A DNA stretch of 64,000 nucleotides from an uncultured Gammaproteobacteria bacterium (GTDB taxonomy: Bacteria; Patescibacteriota; Microgenomatia; UBA10105; UBA927). The translations under genes were made by a program, and so were the position numbers. The notes beneath the pieces were generated by a model. The model did not search any database. It had not been told where the DNA came from and saw only the letters and a list, made by a program, of their open reading frames with translations. Positions within the stretch are counted from its first letter, which is position 1. The number at the start of each line of letters is the position of its first letter. The DNA lies in contig CAZKLT010000001.1 of assembly GCA_964553825.1 (NCBI GenBank), positions 126,989-190,988 on the forward strand, in the 5' to 3' direction. Of this stretch, positions 41,898-51,055 are shown piece after piece.

Positions 41898-43187
41898 ATG
41901 AATAAACTCTTATCTCCGCTTATTGCAAGTTGGAGGTCGCCGGAACTTCGTCGGAAAATTATTATTACCGGTTGGATATTCGTCGTCTTCCGGTTGTTTG
42001 CTCATATTCCGATTCCCGGCGTTGATACCGGTCGACTTGCTGCGCTTTTTTCGCAGAACCAGTTCCTGGGACTACTGGATATTTTTTCCGGCGGAACCCT
42101 TGTGAATTTTTCCGTGCTGGCGCTCGGACTGAACCCGTACATCAACGCTTCGATTATTCTACAGCTTTTGACGATCGTCTTTCCGAAGCTTGAAGCGCTC
42201 CAGAAAGAAGGGGAGTATGGCAGAGAGAAAATTAACCAGTATACCCGACTTATCACCGTACCGCTTGCCGTTATGCAATCAATCGGTATGTTTGCGCTTC
42301 TTCGGAATCAGGGGATTATCGCATCAGTTGAACCTATTTCACTCGTCGCCATTATTCTCACCATGAGTGCCGGCACATTGTTTGCCATGTGGTTGGGCGA
42401 ATTGATCACGGAATATGGGATCGGAAATGGTATCTCTCTCCTTATCTTTGCGGGTATCGTCGGGCGGTTCCCGGTTGTTTTGGGTCAGACGGCAACGACC
42501 ATTACCCCGGAGCTCATGACGAACATGGTCGTGTTCGTGGCGCTTGCTATTGCTGTTATCGCGGCGACCGTTTTCGTCAATGAAGCAGTTCGGCGGATTA
42601 ATGTGCAGTATGCACGCCGAGTGCGGGGGAACAAAGTGTACGGTGGAGCGACATCCTATTTGCCCCTTCGGGTGAATCAGGCTGGGGTCATTCCGATTAT
42701 ATTTGCCGTATCACTCGTGCTATTGCCGTCACTTCTGGGCGGATTTTTAGGTCAGACGAACAATCCAGTGCTCATGAACTTGGGACGTTTACTGACAAAT
42801 CTGTTTAATCCCAACGGCGCTTCCTACAACGTTATATACTTTTTTCTTGTTATAGGATTTACCTATTTTTACACTGCCATCACCTTTAATCCGACGAAAA
42901 TTTCAGGGGAGATACAGAAATACGGAGGTTTCATCCCGGGTATTCGTCCGGGTACGCCGACGGCACAGTATCTCAATTACATCCTCACGCGTATTACGCT
43001 TGCCGGAGCGTTGTTTCTTGGTATTATTGCGATTCTTCCGTCTTTGGCCCGACAGATTACGGGTGTTTCCACCTTGCTGGTTGGTGGCACGGGGGTGCTT
43101 ATCGTCGTTTCTGTCGTTCTTGAGACGGTAAAGACCCTTGAAGCCCAGTTGGTCATGCGTAATTACGAAGGCTTCCTCAAAGATTAA
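41898..43187 (+). CDS. secY: Preprotein translocase subunit SecY
   Basis: 10-TM topology and the SecY family pattern. Confidence 0.95.
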   Translation: MNKLLSPLIASWRSPELRRKIIITGWIFVVFRLFAHIPIPGVDTGRLAALFSQNQFLGLLDIFSGGTLVNFSVLALGLNPYINASIILQLLTIVFPKLEALQKEGEYGREKINQYTRLITVPLAVMQSIGMFALLRNQGIIASVEPISLVAIILTMSAGTLFAMWLGELITEYGIGNGISLLIFAGIVGRFPVVLGQTATTITPELMTNMVVFVALAIAVIAATVFVNEAVRRINVQYARRVRGNKVYGGATSYLPLRVNQAGVIPIIFAVSLVLLPSLLGGFLGQTNNPVLMNLGRLLTNLFNPNGASYNVIYFFLVIGFTYFYTAITFNPTKISGEIQKYGGFIPGIRPGTPTAQYLNYILTRITLAGALFLGIIAILPSLARQITGVSTLLVGGTGVLIVVSVVLETVKTLEAQLVMRNYEGFLKD

Positions 43188-43193
43188 TTGTTC

Positions 43194-43282
43194 CCTTGTC
43201 ATTCCGGGCTTGATCCGGAATCCGCATTCAACAGGACGGAATGACAAAGGAAAAATACTGGATCCCGGCTCAAAGGCCGGGA
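43194..43282 (+). promoter_or_regulatory. Structured secY-adk spacer: competing hairpins (TTGTCATTCCGG with CCGGAAT or GGAATGACAA) plus CCCGGC-tcaaag-GCCGGG hairpin overlapping the adk SD
   Basis: Nested inverted repeats at 43194-43250 and 43265-43282 with no following U-tract. Confidence 0.35.
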
Positions 43283-43298
43283 GGACAATAAAAATATC

Positions 43299-43877
43299 AT
43301 GCATATTATATTTTATGGCCCTGAAGGATCAGGGAAAGGTACACAGGCCAAATTGCTAAGTGAGAAGCTCAACGTTCCCGTGTTGACGAGCGGGGATCTC
43401 GTCCGAGAGGCCGCAGCAACAGATAAGGGCATCATTGGGGACGCTTGCAGAAAAGCACTCTCAGAAGGGCGATATGTTGCCGATTCGGAAATGTTTGTCC
43501 TTTGGAAGCGCCGGCTGAAAGAAGCAGACGCACAGACGGACTGGATCATGGATGGATTTCCCAGAAACGTGGAACAGGCAAAATTTTTGGACGAGAAACT
43601 AAACAAATACGGGTACAAGGTAGAAGCCGTTGTTTACCTGGTTATCAGCGAACAAGAGTCGCTCAAACGCCTGACGAAACGCGCCCGCCCGCTTCATCCG
43701 GGATCCAAAGAGCTTCATGACTCGCCTGAACGGATAAAAAACCGTTTGACCATGTTTCGGCAGAATGAGAAGCCCGTATTGGATTACTATCGGGCAAGGG
43801 GAGTCCTCAGGGAAATTAACGGTGAACAGTCGCCAGAAGCAGTACAGACGGAAATCGTCGCCAACCTTCCCAAATGA
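43299..43877 (+). CDS. adk: Adenylate kinase (short form without LID zinc ribbon)
   Basis: IFYGPEGSGKGTQA P-loop. Confidence 0.93.
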   Translation: MHIIFYGPEGSGKGTQAKLLSEKLNVPVLTSGDLVREAAATDKGIIGDACRKALSEGRYVADSEMFVLWKRRLKEADAQTDWIMDGFPRNVEQAKFLDEKLNKYGYKVEAVVYLVISEQESLKRLTKRARPLHPGSKELHDSPERIKNRLTMFRQNEKPVLDYYRARGVLREINGEQSPEAVQTEIVANLPK

Positions 43878-44566
43878 CCGTACCGTTTCTTCAGATCGCC
43901 ATAGATGGACCTGTTGCATCTGGAAAGGGTGAGATAGCAGGTCGACTTGCCCGCGAGCTCAATGCGCTTTATGTTTACACCGGCGCTATGTATCGCGCAC
44001 TTGCCCTTGCCTGTCTGAGGGCGGGCGTTCCTTTGAAGAATGAAAAGCAGGTGATGAGCGTGTTGGACGCCATTGTAATCGATTTTGACGTTCCCGCCCC
44101 CGAAAGCGCATTTCCGTACAAAGTGCTACTGAACCATGAGGATGTGACGCAAGAAATTCAGGGGCAGGATGCCGCACAAGGGGCTTCCGACGTCGGAACG
44201 ATTCCGGCAGTTCGTCAGCGGATGGTTATCCGCCAACAGGAAATGGCCAAAGGGCATTCAGTGGTCATGGAAGGCCGTGATATCGCCGTACGCGTTCTTC
44301 CTGCGGCACACCTGAAGATCTATTTGACGGCATCCCTGGAGGAGCGTGCGCGGCGTCGTTTTGCCCAGTGGCAGGCGATGGGGCTTACCAAAACGCTCGA
44401 AGAGACTATTGCCGACACAAAGATGCGTGACCATCAGGATATGAGCCGTGAGATTGATCCGCTTCAGAAGGTTGTGGACGCCTGGGAGCTTGATACGACT
44501 TCGATGGGTCCTGATGAAGTTATTGCCGCAATCAAAGCTGAGCTCGTCCACCGAAAGCTTTTATGA
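43874..44566 (+). CDS. cmk: Cytidylate kinase
   Basis: IAIDGPVASGKGEIAGRLARELNALYVYTGAMYRA. Confidence 0.9.
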   Translation: MTVPFLQIAIDGPVASGKGEIAGRLARELNALYVYTGAMYRALALACLRAGVPLKNEKQVMSVLDAIVIDFDVPAPESAFPYKVLLNHEDVTQEIQGQDAAQGASDVGTIPAVRQRMVIRQQEMAKGHSVVMEGRDIAVRVLPAAHLKIYLTASLEERARRRFAQWQAMGLTKTLEETIADTKMRDHQDMSREIDPLQKVVDAWELDTTSMGPDEVIAAIKAELVHRKLL

Positions 44567-45336
44567 TTTATCGCAAAACACCACAAGAGATTATGAGCAT
44601 GAGAGAGGGGGGGCGCAGACTTGGCGAAATATTACAAAAACTTCTTGCATTTGCCCGTCCGGGCGTTTCACTGTTAGCTATAGAAAAATATGCCAATGAT
44701 CTCATCGATGCTTCGGGTGGTACGTCTTCTTTTAAGACTGTGAAAGGGTATCGATGGGCAACGTGTCTGTGCGTGAATGAGGTGGTGGTTCATGGTATTC
44801 CAACGCCATATATATTGCGGGACGGCGATATCTTGACTATTGATACGGGGCTTATTTTCCAGGGGCTTCATACGGATACTGCCTGGACGAAAATTGTGGG
44901 TTCTGACGATTCACCGGAAGCAGCGGCGAAGCGCCGGTTTCTCGAGGTAGGCGAGCGTGCACTTCAGCGTGCGATCGAATTGGTAAAAGTGGGTACACAT
45001 ATTGGGGACATTTCCGAGTCAACCCAAGCCATTATTGAGGGAGCAGGGTACTCGATCGTCAAGTCATTGGTTGGTCATGGCGTTGGTTGTGACCTTCATG
45101 AGGATCCGCAGATTCCCAACTATGCCCGCGGAGATAAAAAAAATACATATCAATTCCGAGGCGGAGAAACGGTTGCCATTGAGCCTATTTACGCACGCGG
45201 TGGCGGCGCGGTCGTATACGAAAATGATGACGGCTGGACTTTGGCTATGAAGGATCGTTCTTGGGCTGCTGTTTTTGAACATTCACTCGCGATACTTCCC
45301 GAAGAGACGATTGTATTGACCAAAGCCTCAGATTGA
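44563..45336 (+). CDS. map: Methionine aminopeptidase type I
   Basis: Pita-bread fold motifs (VVHGIP, HGVG, EPI). Confidence 0.93.
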   Translation: MIYRKTPQEIMSMREGGRRLGEILQKLLAFARPGVSLLAIEKYANDLIDASGGTSSFKTVKGYRWATCLCVNEVVVHGIPTPYILRDGDILTIDTGLIFQGLHTDTAWTKIVGSDDSPEAAAKRRFLEVGERALQRAIELVKVGTHIGDISESTQAIIEGAGYSIVKSLVGHGVGCDLHEDPQIPNYARGDKKNTYQFRGGETVAIEPIYARGGGAVVYENDDGWTLAMKDRSWAAVFEHSLAILPEETIVLTKASD

Positions 45337-45344
45337 GGTACAAT
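45316..45344 (+). promoter_or_regulatory. Sigma70-like promoter (TTGACC-17-TACAAT) overlapping the 3' end of map, driving infA-rpmJ-alpha operon
   Basis: -35 at 45316-45321 and -10 at 45339-45344. Confidence 0.5.
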
Positions 45345-45356
45345 ATGCGTTATTGT

Positions 45357-45399
45357 CGGGAATCCCGATGAGAATCGGGAGATATTCCCGTCGTTTTTT
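45357..45399 (+). promoter_or_regulatory. Leader hairpin with nested perfect inverted repeats followed by U6 (attenuator/terminator-like) upstream of infA
   Basis: CGGGAAT-CCCGAT-gaga-ATCGGG-agat-ATTCCCG, then gtcgTTTTTTa. It lies between the predicted TSS and the infA start. Confidence 0.45.
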
Positions 45400-45407
45400 A
45401 CGTGGAT

Positions 45408-45626
45408 ATGGCGCATCAAGGAAATATAGAGGTTGAAGGTGAGGTTGTTGAATGTTTGCCCAATACGCTGTTTCGCGTGAAGCTGCCGAATGGACATGTG
45501 GTTCTGTGTCATTTATCGGGAAAGATGCGACTGAATTTTATTCGTATCATGCCGGGAGACAAGGTGAAGATGGAAGTCACGCCATATGATCCGAGTAAGG
45601 GAAGAATTACGTACAGAGTGCGATAA
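45408..45626 (+). CDS. infA: Translation initiation factor IF-1
   Basis: S1-like OB fold, GKMR...GDKV. Confidence 0.93.
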   Translation: MAHQGNIEVEGEVVECLPNTLFRVKLPNGHVVLCHLSGKMRLNFIRIMPGDKVKMEVTPYDPSKGRITYRVR

Positions 45627-45628
45627 CT

Positions 45629-45742
45629 ATGAAAGTTCGAGCAAGCGTAAAACCAATGTGTGTGAAATGCAAGATCGTCCGACGCCGGGGTCGTACGTAT
45701 GTTATTTGTGAGAACCCGAAGCACAAGCAGAGACAAGGATAA
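45629..45742 (+). CDS. rpmJ: 50S ribosomal protein L36
   Basis: [37 protein letters not shown] (38 aa, zinc ribbon). It is not in the ORF track because it is under 60 aa. Confidence 0.9.
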   Translation: MKVRASVKPMCVKCKIVRRRGRTYVICENPKHKQRQG

Positions 45743-45745
45743 TCT

Positions 45746-46168
45746 ATGGCACGTATTTCAGGAGTTGATTTACCAGCAGAAAAGAGACTTGATATTGCCC
45801 TTACCTACATTTATGGTATTGGACGATCAAATGTCGTTGACCTGCTTAAGGATATCAACCTCCCCGCAGATCGCCGCGTTAAAACCCTCACAGACGAAGA
45901 AATCAATAAAATTTCCAAGGCAATCGAAAAGAAGTATACCGTTGAGGGAGATTTGCGCCGTCAGATTCAGGATCACATCAAGCGGCTCGTTGAAATCCGT
46001 TCATATCGGGGCGTTCGTCATACCAAGAGCCTTCCTGTACGCGGACAACGAACCCGCTCCAATGCCCGCACCAAGCGTGGGAAGAGGGTCACGATCGGAG
46101 CTATGAAGAAAGATGATCGCGTGAAGCTTGATACGGCAGCAACAGCCAAAACGGCAGAAAGCAAATAA
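45746..46168 (+). CDS. rpsM: 30S ribosomal protein S13
   Basis: MARISGVDLP. Confidence 0.95.
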   Translation: MARISGVDLPAEKRLDIALTYIYGIGRSNVVDLLKDINLPADRRVKTLTDEEINKISKAIEKKYTVEGDLRRQIQDHIKRLVEIRSYRGVRHTKSLPVRGQRTRSNARTKRGKRVTIGAMKKDDRVKLDTAATAKTAESK

Positions 46169-46171
46169 CCT

Positions 46172-46540
46172 ATGGCAGTCAAACAGAAACGAACAGTCGA
46201 AAAAGGAAAAGTGTATATAACGGCAACGTTTAACAACACGCTTGTTACGATTACTGACCTTGAAGGAAATACCCTTTGTTGGGGTTCGTCCGGTATGGCG
46301 GGATTCAAAGGCGCACGGAAATCGACACCGTACGCGGCAACAACCGCAGTGGAAACGGTTGCCAGGAAGGCGATGGGATACGGACTTCGTGAAGTTGAGG
46401 TATACATGAAGGGTCCGGGAGCAGGTCGTGATGCAGCACTTCGGGGTCTTAAGTCAGTTGGCTTGGGTATTACGCTTATTGCTGATGTGACGCCGATTCC
46501 GCACAACGGCGTGAGAGCCAAGAAAAAGAGGAGAGTATAA
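46172..46540 (+). CDS. rpsK: 30S ribosomal protein S11
   Basis: Family pattern. Confidence 0.95.
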   Translation: MAVKQKRTVEKGKVYITATFNNTLVTITDLEGNTLCWGSSGMAGFKGARKSTPYAATTAVETVARKAMGYGLREVEVYMKGPGAGRDAALRGLKSVGLGITLIADVTPIPHNGVRAKKKRRV

Positions 46541-46541
46541 T

Positions 46542-47162
46542 ATGGCACGATATACCGGACCAAAAAATAGACTTGCCCGTCGTGAAGGAATGGATCTGGG
46601 ATACAAAACCCCTGGGAGCAAAGCGCACGCAGGGCTTCTGAAAAGACTTGGGGTTCCGCCGGGTCAACACGGAGCCAAGGGTCGCCGCAAGATTTCAGAT
46701 TTCGGCGCGCAACTTCGAGAGAAGCAAAAGGTCAAGCGTCTCTACGGAGTTCTTGAGAAGCAGTTCCGCAAGACGTTTACCCAGGCAATGAAGTGGAAGG
46801 GTAATACGGGAGAAAAGCTTCTTGAATTCATGGAGCGACGGCTCGACAATGTTATTTACCGTGTAGGCTTCTCGCCAACTCGTGGCCTGGCCAGACAACT
46901 CGTCTCCCATGGTCATGTCATGGTTGATAACCAAAAAGTAAACATTCCTTCATTTCGTGTCGAGAAAGATATGGTTATCGCGCTTCGACCCAAGGCCATG
47001 GAAATTCCAGCCGTGAAGAAAATTTTGGATGATAAGGCCGTAAGAACGCCAGAATGGTTAGAGCGAAAAGGACCGGTAGGTAAAATTACCCGCATGCCGG
47101 AGCGGACAGATATTTTGGAGGACATAAACGAACAGCTCATTGTTGAGCATTATTCTCGTTAA
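46542..47162 (+). CDS. rpsD: 30S ribosomal protein S4
   Basis: MARYTGPKNRLARREG. Confidence 0.95.
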   Translation: MARYTGPKNRLARREGMDLGYKTPGSKAHAGLLKRLGVPPGQHGAKGRRKISDFGAQLREKQKVKRLYGVLEKQFRKTFTQAMKWKGNTGEKLLEFMERRLDNVIYRVGFSPTRGLARQLVSHGHVMVDNQKVNIPSFRVEKDMVIALRPKAMEIPAVKKILDDKAVRTPEWLERKGPVGKITRMPERTDILEDINEQLIVEHYSR

Positions 47163-47237
47163 TATAAAGGAGGTAGGGTTTGCCGTTGACATAAAGGAGC
47201 GTCTCTTTACGTTAGCGACCAACTCTCAAAAACTATT

Positions 47238-48158
47238 ATGACAGAGCCAACTTTTCACATAAAAACTGAGGTTGATAAGCCGGGTTTTGGTAAATTTTTC
47301 CTGGAACCGCTTGAGCAGGGGTATGGACAGACGCTCGGCAACAGTTTAAGGCGCGTATTGCTCGCTTCCCTTCCTGGGGCAGCTATTTCTTCGGTGAAGA
47401 TCGAAGGAGTAAAGCATCAGTTTTCGACGCTCGAAGGCATGAAGGAAGACGTAGTTGAATTCATCATGAATTTGAAAAAAGTCCGTCTTACCATCGAGGG
47501 AAACGAAGCGGTAAAACTTACGATTTCCAAAAAAGGACCGGGAGTAGTGACTGCAGCCGATATTAATGCACCGGCAGGGGTTATGGTGGTCAATCCCGAT
47601 CTTGTGCTAGCAAATCTGTCAGATAAGAAAGCTTCCCTTGAGGCGGAATTGACGGCAGACAAAGGGTATGGTTATGTTTCCGCAGATGAGAAGCATTTCG
47701 ATGAAGTTGGCGTGATCCCGATCGATAGCCTGTATTCACCAGTCACCCGCGTGAACTATCGTGTTGAGGCTACCCGCGTTGGTCGGATGACGAATCTCGA
47801 TCGACTTGTCATGGAGATCTGGACAGACGGCTCAGTGGCAGCGATCGATGCGCTTACATCAGCTGCGAAAGTCATGGTTTCCTACTTTGCCCAAATCGTG
47901 GAACCCAAGATAGCCGGTACACCGGAGAGCGTTGCGGTTGCTCCGTCGGTTTCGGATGAAGTATTGAAGATGCGCATTGAAGAACTTGATATTCCTACCA
48001 GAATCGTCAACGCGCTTGCAAATGGCGGCATTGAGACGGTTGGACAGCTTTTGGGAACTCCCAGAGCTGAGCTTATGAAGATCAAGAACTTGGGAGCCAA
48101 GTCATTGGGAATTGTTGAAGAACGACTTCGTGAGAAGGGAGTCGCACTGACTATATGA
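47238..48158 (+). CDS. rpoA: DNA-directed RNA polymerase subunit alpha
   Basis: N-terminal dimerisation domain and C-terminal HhH CTD. Confidence 0.95.
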   Translation: MTEPTFHIKTEVDKPGFGKFFLEPLEQGYGQTLGNSLRRVLLASLPGAAISSVKIEGVKHQFSTLEGMKEDVVEFIMNLKKVRLTIEGNEAVKLTISKKGPGVVTAADINAPAGVMVVNPDLVLANLSDKKASLEAELTADKGYGYVSADEKHFDEVGVIPIDSLYSPVTRVNYRVEATRVGRMTNLDRLVMEIWTDGSVAAIDALTSAAKVMVSYFAQIVEPKIAGTPESVAVAPSVSDEVLKMRIEELDIPTRIVNALANGGIETVGQLLGTPRAELMKIKNLGAKSLGIVEERLREKGVALTI

Positions 48159-48649
48159 GACACGGGGTGTTTGGTCGGAAATTATCAAGGACAGCCAACC
48201 AACGGCAAAGACTGTTTGCTGTACTCGTCCGCGATCTTTTCTTGCACAATGCCATAGTCACAACGATTCCGAAAGCAAAGGCTGTTCAGCCGATTGTTGA
48301 GAAGTTAATCACGAAAGCCAAAGAGGGAAGTGAGAACGCCCGGAGACGCGTTTTTGGCCTTATCGGTGACCGGCAGATTGTAAAAGCGCTCTTTGAGGAC
48401 GCAAAAACCCGATTTGCAGGCAGAAATAGCGGGTATACGAGGATTATCAAGGTCGGACGAAGACTCGGAGATGCTACGGAGACGGCCATGTTGTCTTTCG
48501 TTGATGAGAAGGTGCTTGTAGAAGTGGTGAAATCTAAGGCAGCTGATGCAAAAACAGAAACACCGAAAGCTGCGGTGAAAGAGACGACGGAAAAACCGGT
48601 AAAAGAACCTGTGAAGAAAACGGTAAAGAAAACGACAAAAAAAGTATAA
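48155..48649 (+). CDS. rplQ: 50S ribosomal protein L17 with Lys-rich C-terminal extension
   Basis: L17 core, then a tail of about 45 aa (KTETPKAAVKETTEKPVKEPVKKTVKKTTKKV). Confidence 0.93.
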   Translation: MRHGVFGRKLSRTANQRQRLFAVLVRDLFLHNAIVTTIPKAKAVQPIVEKLITKAKEGSENARRRVFGLIGDRQIVKALFEDAKTRFAGRNSGYTRIIKVGRRLGDATETAMLSFVDEKVLVEVVKSKAADAKTETPKAAVKETTEKPVKEPVKKTVKKTTKKV

Positions 48650-48652
48650 TCT

Positions 48653-49072
48653 ATGAAAAAGATCACCCAGCCAACCAAGATTTCTGATGTAAACCGATCC
48701 TGGTACCTCATTGACGTGAAAGGCCAGGTCTTGGGACGCGCAGCCACAACGGTTGCCCTTAAGCTCATGGGGAAATCGAAGCCAAATTTTGTTCGGAATC
48801 TTGATTGTGGTGATCATGTTGTCGTCATTAACGCCGCTCATGTCATAACAACCGGCCGTAAGGAGAAAGAAAAACTGTATGGAAACTACTCCGGCCATCC
48901 GGGGGGACTCAAACAAAAAGCGCTCTGGCAGGTACGAAAAGAAAAGCCGACTGAGCCGATGCGTCGTGCAGTATTTGGCATGTTGCCCAAGAATAAGCTG
49001 CGTGATAGACTTGTGACTCGCTTGTACATTTACCCTGAAACGGAGCATCCGTACGGGGAGAAATTTATCTAA
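48653..49072 (+). CDS. rplM: 50S ribosomal protein L13
   Basis: Family pattern. Confidence 0.93.
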   Translation: MKKITQPTKISDVNRSWYLIDVKGQVLGRAATTVALKLMGKSKPNFVRNLDCGDHVVVINAAHVITTGRKEKEKLYGNYSGHPGGLKQKALWQVRKEKPTEPMRRAVFGMLPKNKLRDRLVTRLYIYPETEHPYGEKFI

Positions 49073-49074
49073 TT

Positions 49075-49560
49075 ATGGCAAAAGACAAAACACAGCAGGA
49101 ACGAATAGAGGAAGCGGCAACACCGACAATCTCGTATTATGAAGCAGTTGGCCGCCGTAAGGAGTCAAGCGCCCGCGTGCGTCTGTATGTTCTGAACGAT
49201 GGCGCAATTACCATTAGTGGCGTATCGGTTGCCAAGGGAGCCATGATCGTGAACGGAAAACCGGTTGAGCAATATTTCCCAGGTGAAGTACTCAAGAAGA
49301 TGTACCAGGAACCATTCCGAACGACTAATACGTTAAACCGTTTTGCCGTTGCCGTGAAGGCTGTTGGTGGCGGATTATCAGGACAGCTTTCCGCTGTTAT
49401 CCATGGCATTTCCCGTGCGCTTGAGAAGGTTGACCGGGAGAAGTTTCGCCCGATTTTGAAGAAGCGTGGATTCATGATGCGTGATCCTCGTGCCAAGCAG
49501 CGCCGCAAAGCTGGATTTGCCGGAAAAGCGCGTGCCCGCAAGCAGTCCCCGAAGCGCTAA
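49075..49560 (+). CDS. rpsI: 30S ribosomal protein S9 with N-terminal extension
   Basis: YEAVGRRKESSARVRL core and C-terminal RRKAGFAGKARARKQSPKR. Confidence 0.93.
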   Translation: MAKDKTQQERIEEAATPTISYYEAVGRRKESSARVRLYVLNDGAITISGVSVAKGAMIVNGKPVEQYFPGEVLKKMYQEPFRTTNTLNRFAVAVKAVGGGLSGQLSAVIHGISRALEKVDREKFRPILKKRGFMMRDPRAKQRRKAGFAGKARARKQSPKR

Positions 49561-49629
49561 GCAGTCGTCATGTGTCAAGGCGGCATTTCCCTGTTTTCAA
49601 AGTTCCCGTTGAGGATATAGGATACAGGT

Positions 49630-49977
49630 ATGCAACGGTTCATCCTCAGTATTCCTACGTTCTGGCTTATCTATCACATGTTTACCCTTGGCGTGTCCCA
49701 TAGCATGTTTTCGGGATATACCGGAGAGAGCTTTGCCTTTTTAGCGAGTATAGGGGCGCTTGAGACATTTACGATGTGGAGGAATGCGTTTTACCTCGGG
49801 TATGGGCTCATCCTCCTTGCTATGGGAATACAGATAGTGACGAAACCGAAAAATTCTGCTCTTCCCGCTTTTACTTCATCAGTTATCTCATCCGTCGTCA
49901 CCGCAATTATATTCACGACGTTTTCGTATGCGATTGCTGCGATGCTGCTTGACGCATACAAGCTTATGGTACAATAG
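49630..49977 (+). CDS. Hypothetical 4-TM membrane protein upstream of SPFH gene
   Basis: Hydrophobic 115-aa ORF with no OB-fold. Confidence 0.4.
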   Translation: MQRFILSIPTFWLIYHMFTLGVSHSMFSGYTGESFAFLASIGALETFTMWRNAFYLGYGLILLAMGIQIVTKPKNSALPAFTSSVISSVVTAIIFTTFSYAIAAMLLDAYKLMVQ

Positions 49978-49991
49978 CCGCAGGAGGAACT

Positions 49992-50741
49992 ATGGAAGCT
50001 CTTTTTTGGCCTGTCGGACTTTTTCTTTTTATCCTCGTTTTATCTTCACTTAAGCAGGTTAATGAGTATGAACGGGCAATACGTTTTACGCTCGGGCGCT
50101 TTACTGATGTTATCGAGCCGGGGTGGCGTATCGTTTGGCCAGTTTTCCAGACATGGCAGAAGGTCGATATCCGCACAAAGGTTGTCGAAGAACCCAATCA
50201 GGAAGTGATTACCAAAGATAACGTTTCTACAAAAATTACCGCCGTGATTTATTACAAAATCGTTGATGCGAAGCGGGCAGTACTGGAAGTGGAAAATTTT
50301 TATTGGGCGGTTTCTCAGTTGGCACAAACAACAATGCGAAATGTGATAGGAGAGGTAACACTTGATCAGCTTCTAACCCAGCGTCATGATCTTGCCGTGA
50401 AGATCCGAGATATCGTGGAGAAATCCGCAGGTCATTGGGGTCTGGACGTCTCGAGCGTCGAACTGAAAGATATCACCCTTCCCGAGTCAATGGTCAGGAC
50501 GATGGCCAAACAGGCCGAAGCGGAGAGGGAGAAGCGGGCTACCATTATCAATTCTGAAGGCGAGGTCATTGCATCCAAAAATTTGGCTCAGGCTGCCAAG
50601 ACGATGGCAGCGACTCCGGGAGCACTGCATTTGCGCACGCTTAACTCTATTAACGATATTTCATCGGACCAGAGTAACACGGTTGTATTTGCCGTGCCTA
50701 TGGAGATACTCCGGGCTATTGACGGCATGAAGAAAAAATAA
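49992..50741 (+). CDS. SPFH/band-7 (stomatin/prohibitin-like) membrane protein
   Basis: N-terminal TM and a PHB domain (VIYYKIVDAKRAVLEVENFYWAVSQLAQTTMRNVIGEVTLDQLL). Confidence 0.8.
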   Translation: MEALFWPVGLFLFILVLSSLKQVNEYERAIRFTLGRFTDVIEPGWRIVWPVFQTWQKVDIRTKVVEEPNQEVITKDNVSTKITAVIYYKIVDAKRAVLEVENFYWAVSQLAQTTMRNVIGEVTLDQLLTQRHDLAVKIRDIVEKSAGHWGLDVSSVELKDITLPESMVRTMAKQAEAEREKRATIINSEGEVIASKNLAQAAKTMAATPGALHLRTLNSINDISSDQSNTVVFAVPMEILRAIDGMKKK

Positions 50742-50748
50742 TTCTCAG

Positions 50749-50822
50749 TCGGGGTGACTCGACTTGAACGAGCAACCTTTCGCACCCCATGCGAATGCGC
50801 TAGCCAATTGCGCCACACCCCG
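50749..50822 (-). tRNA. tRNA-Pro (anticodon GGG), CCA not encoded
   Basis: Hand-folded cloverleaf. Acceptor CGGGGTG/CACCCCG, U8, D-stem GCGC/GCGC, anticodon stem TTCGC/GCGAA with loop AUGGGGU (G37), T-stem GCTCG/CGAGT with TTCAAGT loop, discriminator A. Confidence 0.8.
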
Positions 50823-51055
50823 TTCATGGAGAGAGACAACTTCGTTCTCTCTATCGTTTTTCCTATCAACGTGTTGCGAAGTGCTGCTCTTTATGCACGT
50901 CTTCGCAACGGATTGGTGAACGACTGTATTATTTCTTGTAAACCGAGAATGGGGTCTCGACTACGAGAAATCACCGTTGTTGTATTCTATCATTTTTTGT
51001 GTAAAAATGGGATTTACTTCAAACACCTGCCCCAACTTGTTGAAAGGAGTCTCGT

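Noticed and set aside
48305-49048. 247-aa antisense ORF spanning rplQ-rplM, and 160-aa ORF at 48286-48768
   Set aside because: Antisense to conserved r-protein genes, so these are artefacts.
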